A stretch of DNA of 64,000 bases from Elusimicrobiota bacterium (GTDB lineage: Bacteria; Elusimicrobiota; Elusimicrobia; UBA1565; JACRDR01). Where the stretch lies: assembly GCA_041694815.1 (NCBI GenBank), contig JBGFSC010000047.1, positions 64,001 to 128,000 of the forward strand. Direction: 5' to 3'. The notes under the pieces are model-generated. The model made no database searches and was not told the DNA's origin. It saw nothing but the letters and a program-made list of their open reading frames with translations. Below are positions 36,232 to 44,618 of this stretch, piece after piece (positions within the stretch are counted from its first letter, which is position 1; every line of letters begins with the position of its first letter). A program made the position numbers and the translations under genes.

Positions 36232-38135
36232 CGCTCTAAACACTCGAGATGCCAGAGCTCGAGCATGAGCAGCGCCCACATCCGGTAGCCGTGGTCGCGC
36301 AGGCCCGACTGGTGCTCGTCGAATATCCTTCGCAGCGCCTCCTCCCGGAAGTAGCCGCGCCCCACGGCCTTCCGGGATAGCACCGTGTCCCACCAATAGT
36401 CCCGAAGCTTGCCCTTAAACCAGGGGCCCAGCGGGATCCCGAAGCCCATCTTCCCGCGGCGGCGGATACGAGGGGGCAACTTGTCGGCGAAGGCACGCTT
36501 GAGTATCCACTTATGCCCCCGCAGCCCCTTGAGCTTCCACTCGCCCGGCATGCGGTAGGCCAATTCCATGAACTCGTGGTCCAGGAAGGGAGAGCGCCCC
36601 TCCAACGAGTTGGCCATCGTGGCGATGTCCACCTTGACCATGAGGCATTCGGGGAGGTAGCTGACGGTATCGACGTAAAGCAGCCGGTTGACGAAATCCT
36701 CCCCCTGCGCGCGCTCGAAGGCGCCGGCCAGATAACGCAGCGCCCCGGTCAACTCTCCCTCATCCCGCGCGCCCAGTTCGCGCAGCATCGCGGGGGTGTA
36801 GAGCCCCCGCTTATCCGCCTCGGAGAAAAAGCCGATCATCTTGAGATGCCGCCCGGGAACGTCGGCCATGGCGACCGACTGCAGGAAGCGCTTGGCGCGC
36901 CAAAACAAGGAGAAGGGAGCCCCGCCCTCCGGCAGATGGCGCATCCCCGAGAGCAGGGCCTTTTGCGCCGGCCAAGGCAGCGCGTCCCAATAGCGCGCCG
37001 CCTTCATGGCGAAATAGCGCAGGTAGCCGCCGAAATTCTCGTCGCCCCCGTCGCCGTTGAGAGCCACGGTCACGAATTTCCGCGTCTCGCGCGCGACGTA
37101 ATAGGTGGGCAGCGCGGACGGGTCGCCGTAGGGCTCGCCGTAGTGCCAGGCCAGCTTCGGCAGCACGTCGCTCATCTCCGGCTTGACGATGAACTCCCGG
37201 TGATCGGTGCCGTAGCGCCGGGCCACCTCGCGGGCGTAGTGCAGCTCCGAGAAATCCTGCTCGTCGAAGCCGATCGAGAAGGTCTTGACCGGGCGCTCGG
37301 AAAGCTCGCTCATCAAGGCCACGACGATGGAGGAGTCGATGCCGCCGGACAGGAAGGCCCCCAGCGGGACGTCGGAGATCATCCGCAGGCGCACCGACTC
37401 CTTGAGCTTCTCGCGCAGGAGCCCCTCGGCCTCGCGGACGTCGCCCGTGACGGGCGGGGCACCCAAGGGAAGGTCCCAATAGCGGTGGAAGCTCGCTCGC
37501 CCTTTCTCATAGAGCAGGTAATGCGCCGGGGGGAGCTTGCGCGCCGAACGGTAGATGGTATGCGGCGAAGGGATATATTGCAGCGACAAAAACAGGTCGA
37601 TCGCCTTCTCGTCGAGCTCGCGGCCCACGCCGGGGAACTGGAACAGGCAGCGCAATTCCGAGCCGAAGGCGATGAAATCCGCGCCGAGGCTGTAGACGAG
37701 CGGCTTCTTGCCGATCCTGTCGCGCGCGAGCATCAGGCGCCCACGCCGCTTGTCCCAGAGCGCGAAGGCGAACATGCCGCGCAGGCGCCCGACGCAGTCG
37801 GGGCCCATCGCCTCATAAAGGGCCAGGATCACCTCGGTATCCGTCTTGGTCTTGAAGCGGTAGCCGGCCGCCTCCAGCTCGGGGCGCAATTCGAGGAAGT
37901 TGTAGATCTCCCCGTTGAGCGCCACCCAGACGCTACCATCGGCGTTGGAGATGGGCTGATGCCCGGTGGACAAGTCGATGATCGACAGGCGGCGCATCGC
38001 CAGGCCAGCGTGGGCGTCGGCGTAATAGCCCTCGTCGTCGGGCCCGCGATGCCGGATGAGATCGTTGGCTTTCTTTAGCAGCGCCGAGTCGATGCGACCC
38101 GGCTCTTTATAGACTACGCCGCAGATCCCGCACAT
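36228..38135 (-). CDS. asnB: Asparagine synthase (glutamine-hydrolysing) family amidotransferase, probably glycan amidation
   Basis: MCGICG Ntn start, HRGPD, RRLSIID, NGEIYN, RDRIGKKPL, LSGGIDSS, SLEGRSPFLD, KMGF. Confidence 0.92.
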   Translation of the reverse strand: MCGICGVVYKEPGRIDSALLKKANDLIRHRGPDDEGYYADAHAGLAMRRLSIIDLSTGHQPISNADGSVWVALNGEIYNFLELRPELEAAGYRFKTKTDTEVILALYEAMGPDCVGRLRGMFAFALWDKRRGRLMLARDRIGKKPLVYSLGADFIAFGSELRCLFQFPGVGRELDEKAIDLFLSLQYIPSPHTIYRSARKLPPAHYLLYEKGRASFHRYWDLPLGAPPVTGDVREAEGLLREKLKESVRLRMISDVPLGAFLSGGIDSSIVVALMSELSERPVKTFSIGFDEQDFSELHYAREVARRYGTDHREFIVKPEMSDVLPKLAWHYGEPYGDPSALPTYYVARETRKFVTVALNGDGGDENFGGYLRYFAMKAARYWDALPWPAQKALLSGMRHLPEGGAPFSLFWRAKRFLQSVAMADVPGRHLKMIGFFSEADKRGLYTPAMLRELGARDEGELTGALRYLAGAFERAQGEDFVNRLLYVDTVSYLPECLMVKVDIATMANSLEGRSPFLDHEFMELAYRMPGEWKLKGLRGHKWILKRAFADKLPPRIRRRGKMGFGIPLGPWFKGKLRDYWWDTVLSRKAVGRGYFREEALRRIFDEHQSGLRDHGYRMWALLMLELWHLECLER

Positions 38136-38191
38136 GTCACTCGACCCCCCCACGGGGGGGCGAGTAGCCAGGGGGGTCCACTCGTTTCAAT

Positions 38192-39316
38192 CTATAACCC
38201 ATACAGTTCTTTATACCTTTTTGCCACGATCTTCATATCGAACCGCTCCAACACCGCCTCCCTCGCCCGCTTCCCCAATCGCCCCGCCAATTCGGGATCC
38301 CGCAGCAGCCGGTCCAACTGCCGCCTCAATTGCCCCCGGTCCTCCGGCTCGAAGAGCAGTCCGCTTTCGCCGTCTTCGACCGCCTCGGGTGTCCCCCCCA
38401 CGCGGCTGGCCAGCACCCCGAGCCCACAGGCCATGGCCTCGAGCAGGGAATTCGATAGGCCTTCCGAGAGCGAAGGCAGGACGAACACGTCGGCGGCACG
38501 ATAGAGCGCGGCGATGTCTTCCGCCGGCGGCATGAAGCGCGTCCTTCCGGAAAGCCCCAGCTCGGCGGCCTTCGTCCTCAGCTCGGCCTCCAAAGGCCCG
38601 GCTCCCGCCGATACGAAGAAACCCCCGTTGGCGGCGGCGAACTCTTCGAGGAAGAAATCGAGTCGCTTCTCGGGGGACAGGCGTCCGGCATAGAGGAATA
38701 CCACGCCTTCCGGCCAGCCCAGTCGCCGGCGCAGTTCGCCCTTCTCTAGGCCCGCCGGGCGGTAAGCCTCGGTGTCGACACCGTTCGGCACGATGACGGC
38801 CTCCGCCGGTATGCCGTTCTCAGGCAATAGGGCCGCGAGATCGCGGCTGACGGCCACCCAAAGGGGACCTAGCCGCGCGAGCGCGCGCAATTTCATCCGG
38901 CCCGCGGCCGTCCGCCGCGAGCCGGCGATCTCGCTCACCTGCCGGCCGCCGCCGAGTTTGACGACGGCGCGCTTGCCCAGCAGCCTCGCGGCCAGCGAGG
39001 CCGCCAGCGCCGGGGAACCGGCCAGATGCGCGTGCACGGCGCCGTACTCGCTGTGATGCCGGAGCAGCCACAGGAAACTCGAGACCATGAACACGATCGA
39101 ATCGAGCAGCCCGCGGCCCCACGCCGGCAGGCGGCGCAGCTCGACGCCGCAGACATTATCGAGGCGCGCAAGCCCGCCAACACGCCGGGTCAGGACCCGT
39201 ACCTTTATCCCGAGTCCCAACAGGGCCTTGGAGAGCTCCAGGGCCTGCTTCTCGGCGCCGCCCACGTAGGGGTGGAAATTGGCGCTCAGCATCACCACCG
39301 CCGGCGGGGAAGGCAT
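38192..39316 (-). CDS. GT4 glycosyltransferase
   Basis: GGAEKQ, PNGVD, GRLSPEK, EGLSNSLLEAMA.G. Confidence 0.9.
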   Translation of the reverse strand: MPSPPAVVMLSANFHPYVGGAEKQALELSKALLGLGIKVRVLTRRVGGLARLDNVCGVELRRLPAWGRGLLDSIVFMVSSFLWLLRHHSEYGAVHAHLAGSPALAASLAARLLGKRAVVKLGGGRQVSEIAGSRRTAAGRMKLRALARLGPLWVAVSRDLAALLPENGIPAEAVIVPNGVDTEAYRPAGLEKGELRRRLGWPEGVVFLYAGRLSPEKRLDFFLEEFAAANGGFFVSAGAGPLEAELRTKAAELGLSGRTRFMPPAEDIAALYRAADVFVLPSLSEGLSNSLLEAMACGLGVLASRVGGTPEAVEDGESGLLFEPEDRGQLRRQLDRLLRDPELAGRLGKRAREAVLERFDMKIVAKRYKELYGL

Positions 39317-39324
39317 CAGCGCAT

Positions 39325-40320
39325 CTATTTGGAGAAACGGGAGCGGAGCGCGCTGCTTAAGCTCGAGAGGCTGTGCCCGGCCTGATAGAGGAAGACGATG
39401 CCCAAGCCGGTGACGAAAATATAGGACACCACGTGCACGACGCCCGCGAATCCAAGCGCCGTGGCCTCGGGCACATGCCAGCTCACCAGTACCACCTTGA
39501 TGAACTGCTCGTAGGCGCCGAAGCCGCCCGGCACCGTGGGCAGGAACCCGGCCGCGGCGGCCGTGGCCAGAAGCAGCACGCTGCGCCCGTAGCTGAGCAC
39601 GGCGAGCCCCATGGCCTTGCCGCAGACCCAATAGCCGAAGGCGTCGACCACCCAGAGCGAGAGGCTCAGTAGCCCCACCGGCACGCAGACCCTCCAGGAG
39701 TTGAGGGCCGAGCTCCCTAACGCGACCTGCTCGACGACGCGGTGCACCGAGGGGTAGGAGCGCAACCGTTCGGTCCAGCCGCCGCCCTGCTTGATGCGCC
39801 GGTCGAAATAGAGGATGGCGGCCAGCGCGGCGATGAGGCCAGCCGCGATCAACAGGGCCAAGCGGTAAAGGGCCGGCGCCACGGTATCGGGGTAAAACCA
39901 TGCGGCCGAAGCGAAGAGAAGCATCAGGGCCGTCATGTCCAGGGTGCGCTCCACGACGATGGTGGCCAGCACCGTCAGGCCCGGCACCTCGAGCGTGAGC
40001 CCGGCCAGATAGGCCCTCGCGAACTCTCCCAGACGCAGAAACACGACGTTGTTGACCGCGAGGCCCACGGCCTCCAGGCGAAACAGGTCCCAAAGAAGCC
40101 GCGGGCGTTCCAAGGGCACCCCGAAAGACAACAACAGCCTCCAGCGCAGGCTGCGGATGAGCAGGTCGAGCATGGAAATGAGCACGATGGCCACCAGGCC
40201 GAAGGGGCGTATGCTCGTGACAGAGCGAGCGACCTCGCCCCAGGTCACGTGGCGCAGGGCCAGGAATAGCAGCAGCCCGCTGACCGCCACGCCCAAGACG
40301 ATGGAGCCGACCTTTTTCAT
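39325..40320 (-). CDS. Lysylphosphatidylglycerol-synthase TM-region (UPF0104, flippase-like) protein
   Basis: R..RW..LL, N.V...RLGE..RA, ER.LD, P.PGG.G.YE. Confidence 0.85.
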   Translation of the reverse strand: MKKVGSIVLGVAVSGLLLFLALRHVTWGEVARSVTSIRPFGLVAIVLISMLDLLIRSLRWRLLLSFGVPLERPRLLWDLFRLEAVGLAVNNVVFLRLGEFARAYLAGLTLEVPGLTVLATIVVERTLDMTALMLLFASAAWFYPDTVAPALYRLALLIAAGLIAALAAILYFDRRIKQGGGWTERLRSYPSVHRVVEQVALGSSALNSWRVCVPVGLLSLSLWVVDAFGYWVCGKAMGLAVLSYGRSVLLLATAAAAGFLPTVPGGFGAYEQFIKVVLVSWHVPEATALGFAGVVHVVSYIFVTGLGIVFLYQAGHSLSSLSSALRSRFSK

Positions 40321-40327
40321 GGATTGG

Positions 40328-42229
40328 TCATGAAGGAAGGAGGCGATTATACCAATATGCCACGGAAGCCGACAGGGCGAGCAGGGTCAGGAGCAGGCCC
40401 AGCCGCCAACCGGGCGGCTCATAGACGAAATGGAGGGTCCATGCACCGGAGGGCACCCGGAATTTTTGGAACGCGCCGAGCGCGGGCTCGGGCCTCTGCG
40501 GCGCGCCGCCCAGCCAGGCGCGCCAGCCCGGGGCGCGCGGCTGCGCCAGATAGGCCCATCCTTCGGCGCCGGCGCCGCGGACGCTGAAACGATCCTCCCG
40601 GGCGCGCTCGAACTCTAGCGGCCTGGCCTTCTCGAGGACGGGAAGGGCCATGCCCTCCCGCAGGTCGGCGGGGATGGCGCGGCCCGCGGCGTCGCTGAGC
40701 CAAAACGCACGCGACGCCGCCGGCGACTCATAGAGGTGCCAGAGCGTGGCTCCGCCGTAGCGCAGCGGGCCCGGGGGCAGTCGATCACGCGTCATGAGCA
40801 CGGCGGCATCACTCCAGGGCATCAGCGCGCCCACCTCAGCCAGGGAGCGGCGGCTGTAGATGAAGTCCATGAACTCGAAATTCGCGCGGGGCACCAGGGG
40901 TTCGCCGAAATTGGCGACGGACTCCAGGCGGAAGGGAAGATTGCTGAGCCCGTAGACCCTGTGCTTGAGGTCGAACACGGCGAGCGTGGCGTCGCCGCCG
41001 CGGCCCCGGTGCCATTCCGCCGCCAATGGGGATAGCAGATAGCGGTGTCCCCTCGAGGCCTGAAGGCGCCGCACCAGCGGTCCCGCGTCGGCGAAATAGC
41101 CCGAGGGGGCGAAGGCGTACGAGCGCATGCCGTAGAGAGAAAGCTCGGCGAGAACAACCGCGAGCATCAGGGCCCGCCAGCGCGCGCGCTCGACGCCGAA
41201 GGCGGCCAGAGCGGCGGCGGCGGGAAGCAGCAGGTAGAGGAAATTGCCGGGATAGCGGACATAGCGCAGGGGAGCGGCATGCAGCCACACCCATCGCGAC
41301 GGTGGCAATTCCCCCCCCATGCTCAAGGCCAGCACCGCCGCCGCGAATAGGGACAACCCGAGCAGGCGCCGCCGCTTTAAGGCCGGCAGGGCCAGGGCCA
41401 TCGCCGCGACGCCGGAGAAGCCGAACCAGCAGCTTTCCCACCAGTCCACGAGCGCCGATTTCCCGGAGAGCCAGGGCCCGATCAGCCCGAGCAAATCCTT
41501 CGGGCTAAGACCGTAGGCCAGTGTCTCCGCCGGCCCGAGCCCGGCGCTCCTTTGCGAACCCGCGGCCAAATGCAAGGCGGGCAGGAGCAGGCAGGAGCAG
41601 GCACCCGCGGCCCAAAGCGCCCCACCCGTCCACGGGCCGAGCTCCCAGCGCCGCCCCAGCATCCGCCCGAGCAGCAGCCCCGCCAGCGCCCCTCCGGCCA
41701 GCATGATGGGGAAGCCGCTCAAGAAGGCGAGCGACGCGGCCAGGCCCAGCAGCCACGGCGATCTCGAGAACAGCAATAGCGCCGGGATGAAGGCGAGCGT
41801 GGAGATATGGTTGACGAATTGGAGACGGCTGACGAGAAAACCATTCAAAGAATACACCGCTGCCCCCGTCAAGGCCGAGGCCGCGCCAAGCCCACCACGC
41901 CTGAGCCACAAATACGCGAAGAAGCCGCAAAGCCCGTAGTGAAGCGCGTAATAGAGGTTGAGCGCAGCAGGGAACTGGAACAGATAGAAGGGCAGAGTCC
42001 CCGGGTACCACGCGGCCCCCTGCATTTGGGCGGCCAGCGGCATGCCGAGATAGGCGTACGGGTTCCAAGCGGGCAATAGGCCCCGCGAGATCATGTCCGC
42101 CGCCAAGGCACGCCAGGGGTGGTGGATGTACGTAATGTCCCCCCAAAAGAAGCAGCGGCCCAAGAGGGCCTGCGCGCCGAAAAAGGCGGACGCGGCCGCG
42201 AAGATGAGCCCGCAGGCGCGCGCGTTCAT
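40328..42229 (-). CDS. YfhO-like GT-C membrane protein
   Basis: D....H.P, P.WNPY...GMP......YP, R.P..F, and the C-terminal PGWRA...V..G...L.F.Y.P followed by a TM helix. Confidence 0.75.
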   Translation of the reverse strand: MNARACGLIFAAASAFFGAQALLGRCFFWGDITYIHHPWRALAADMISRGLLPAWNPYAYLGMPLAAQMQGAAWYPGTLPFYLFQFPAALNLYYALHYGLCGFFAYLWLRRGGLGAASALTGAAVYSLNGFLVSRLQFVNHISTLAFIPALLLFSRSPWLLGLAASLAFLSGFPIMLAGGALAGLLLGRMLGRRWELGPWTGGALWAAGACSCLLLPALHLAAGSQRSAGLGPAETLAYGLSPKDLLGLIGPWLSGKSALVDWWESCWFGFSGVAAMALALPALKRRRLLGLSLFAAAVLALSMGGELPPSRWVWLHAAPLRYVRYPGNFLYLLLPAAAALAAFGVERARWRALMLAVVLAELSLYGMRSYAFAPSGYFADAGPLVRRLQASRGHRYLLSPLAAEWHRGRGGDATLAVFDLKHRVYGLSNLPFRLESVANFGEPLVPRANFEFMDFIYSRRSLAEVGALMPWSDAAVLMTRDRLPPGPLRYGGATLWHLYESPAASRAFWLSDAAGRAIPADLREGMALPVLEKARPLEFERAREDRFSVRGAGAEGWAYLAQPRAPGWRAWLGGAPQRPEPALGAFQKFRVPSGAWTLHFVYEPPGWRLGLLLTLLALSASVAYWYNRLLPS

Positions 42230-43206
42230 CGACGCTCACCGAAGGCCGCCAGCAACTCGGCCTCCTGCCGCCGATAGCCCGGTTCCCGCGGAGCCGCTTC
42301 GGCAGCCAGGCGTATGCGGCGCAATGCCTCGCCAGGCCGCGGCGGCGAGCCGTTCAGAACGGCCCGGGCCAGCCTCTCCTGGATAAACGCCTCGCGTGGC
42401 GCGATGGCGGCCGCCAAGCGCAGGCACTCAACGCGCCGGAGGGGCGAGGCGGCCTCCTCCGCCGCGCGCAGGCTGCGCGAGAGCAGCGCCGCCGGCGCCC
42501 ACGACAGGGCGGCGAGCCCCAAGCCCAGGGGCGGCACCCAGCGTGGTAGGAGGGCTGGCTCCTGCCAGTCCGAGGCGCGCGCGGCCCCGTGGCGCCCGGC
42601 CGCATCGATCAAGGAGGCGGCGCTCCACCAGAGCAGCAGCAGGCCCGGAGAGGCCGGCATGTCGTTAAACAGGAAAAAAGCGCCGAGCGTCAGGTAGAGC
42701 AGCGCCGCCGAGCGCGTGGCCCCGTCGAGCCGACGGAAGCCCCGCGGGATGCATTGATAAAAGGCCCACAAAAATAGGAACAGGCCGACCCATCCGGTCT
42801 CCGCCAGGACGCGCCCGTACAAGGACTCGAAGCGCCCTGGAGCGCGCAGGAGCAGGCCCAGAAGCGCCGCGATCCAAGCTCCGTAGCCCCACCAGCGCCG
42901 CTCCCGCATCCCCCACCAGGAACCGGCCAGCATCAAAACGGCGCCGGCGCCAGCCCATCGCCCACAGGCCCGCAGCGACATCCAGGGCTGATCGGAGAAG
43001 ACCGCGCAGAGCCCGTACCAGGCGATCCACAACCACCAACCCGCCATCGCGGGGCGCCAACGGATCTCCGTAGGGGCGGGCAGGGCCAGCAGCCATAAGG
43101 CGGAGGATACCGCCAGCCAAGAAAGGTCCGACGGGGGAGCCGCGATGGCGAGAGCGCATACGAGCAGCAGCAGCGCCGGTCTCCTGGATGCCACGGCCTC
43201 GCTCAT
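42226..43206 (-). CDS. Shortened O-antigen-ligase-like membrane protein with TPR-like C-terminus
   Basis: TM-rich; keeps LAETGWVG but lacks the preceding His motif and the large periplasmic loop; helical C-terminal repeats. Confidence 0.55.
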   Translation of the reverse strand: MSEAVASRRPALLLLVCALAIAAPPSDLSWLAVSSALWLLALPAPTEIRWRPAMAGWWLWIAWYGLCAVFSDQPWMSLRACGRWAGAGAVLMLAGSWWGMRERRWWGYGAWIAALLGLLLRAPGRFESLYGRVLAETGWVGLFLFLWAFYQCIPRGFRRLDGATRSAALLYLTLGAFFLFNDMPASPGLLLLWWSAASLIDAAGRHGAARASDWQEPALLPRWVPPLGLGLAALSWAPAALLSRSLRAAEEAASPLRRVECLRLAAAIAPREAFIQERLARAVLNGSPPRPGEALRRIRLAAEAAPREPGYRRQEAELLAAFGERR

Positions 43207-44612
43207 GGGCGGGCCGCCGAAATTTCCGCCGCGGCCGCGGGCAACCCCATGCGTCGGTAGAGCTGCGCCAAGCTGATGCGCAGGCTCCGCCGATAGGGAT
43301 TGAGCCGCACGGCGTCCTCCAAGGCCGCCGCAGCGGAAAGCGTCGAGCCATGGGAGAGCTCCAGCCCGGCCAAGGCCAGGGAGGCCTCGGAGTCCTCGGA
43401 GAGACGCCGCGCTTCCTGGAGAAGGCGCCGGGCGTGCTGCGGGTCGCTCTTACCGATACGGTCGGCGGCGGATATCTTCATCTGCGCCGACCAGGGCTTA
43501 TAGGCCTCGGAAACAAGCAAGAGCGCGGTCCCCAGGGCCAGTGCCAGGGCCGGAGCCTTGAACAATGACGGCACGTTCACGCCCCGCGGGCTGTGGGAAT
43601 TGGAGGAAGCCGCGCAGTAGCAGAAGAGCCAAAACGTGGAGGGCACCGAGAGCGCGTAATCCCAGAGTGAATGGATCAGCACGGCAATGAGGCCGAAGCG
43701 CTTGTAGGGGCCCGCGCGGGAGAGGCAATGCCAGAGCCCCGCCGACCACAGCAACAGGAAAGGGAGCCCGAATTCGGCCGCCGCTTGCAGGAGGTACTGG
43801 TGCGCGAAGAGGCTATGGAGCCCATGCGACCACTCCTCATAAGCGGCCAGCGCGTACGAGAAGCTCCCAGGGCCGAAGCCGAAGAAGGGACGATCGGAGG
43901 CCATCGCCCAGGCGGAACGCCACCAGGCCCAGCGGTTAAGCACCTCCGGGGTGTCGAGCTTGCCGTAGATGGCAGTCACCGCGGCGAGGGCGACGACCCA
44001 GCCCGCGCGGGACCAAATCGGATGGCGCCGGTGTTGGGTGACGACCACGGCCAAGGCCAGGCCCAGCCAGGCCCCTACGCTCCTGCTCCACCAGAGATTG
44101 GCCAGCAGCCCGGCCGCGAGCAGCCAATCGCGTCGCTCCGCGGCGATCGGCAGCATCAGCAGGATCGCGCCGGCATAGGCGTTCTGATTGAGCAGCGAAG
44201 CCGCTGGGCGCTCGTCGCCCAGCGCGAAATGCTGGTAGAAGGCGAGCGAGACCAGCACCCAGGCCGAGGCGCGCACGGCCTGGTCCACCCAGCCCCGCTC
44301 GTCCTTGCCGAGAGAAGCCATCGCCGGGAAGATCCAGAGCCCTTGGAGGAAATTGAACCATTCGGGACGCGAAAGCCCACGGACGGGGCTGCACCAAAGG
44401 CTGACGGAGCCGAGCGCGACTAAGGCCAGGCACCAGAGCAGGGTGCGATTGGAGGGAAGCGGAACGAAGCCGACGAAGATCCGCAACGCCAGCCAGAGCG
44501 CAACCACGACTATGGTGGCTAAGTGCAGCAGCGATTGGGCCCAAAGGTCCCACGAACCCCTGAGCAGCGGCGCCACCGCCAAGAGCAGGGCGAGCAGCGC
44601 GGGCAGGAGCAT
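43203..44612 (-). CDS. O-antigen ligase / O-oligosaccharyltransferase-family (Wzy_C) protein with TPR-like tail
   Basis: N.NAYAG, S.GAW, R...W..AW.M..DRP.FG.GPGSF, AHQYLLQ.AAEFG, HS..DY. Confidence 0.8.
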   Translation of the reverse strand: MLLPALLALLLAVAPLLRGSWDLWAQSLLHLATIVVVALWLALRIFVGFVPLPSNRTLLWCLALVALGSVSLWCSPVRGLSRPEWFNFLQGLWIFPAMASLGKDERGWVDQAVRASAWVLVSLAFYQHFALGDERPAASLLNQNAYAGAILLMLPIAAERRDWLLAAGLLANLWWSRSVGAWLGLALAVVVTQHRRHPIWSRAGWVVALAAVTAIYGKLDTPEVLNRWAWWRSAWAMASDRPFFGFGPGSFSYALAAYEEWSHGLHSLFAHQYLLQAAAEFGLPFLLLWSAGLWHCLSRAGPYKRFGLIAVLIHSLWDYALSVPSTFWLFCYCAASSNSHSPRGVNVPSLFKAPALALALGTALLLVSEAYKPWSAQMKISAADRIGKSDPQHARRLLQEARRLSEDSEASLALAGLELSHGSTLSAAAALEDAVRLNPYRRSLRISLAQLYRRMGLPAAAAEISAARP

Positions 44613-44618
44613 TTCCCG

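Noticed and set aside
36513..38078. Long antisense ORFs (521 aa here; also 31723-33228, 9657-10853, 24716-25777, 28053-29045)
   Set aside because: They shadow well-supported genes on the opposite strand, have no family motifs, and are expected from high-GC codon bias.
36228..38135. asnB as a lasso-peptide cyclase
   Set aside because: It has an intact N-terminal Cys glutaminase domain and a GT4 neighbour, with no lasso B protein or precursor. Glycan amidotransferase fits better.
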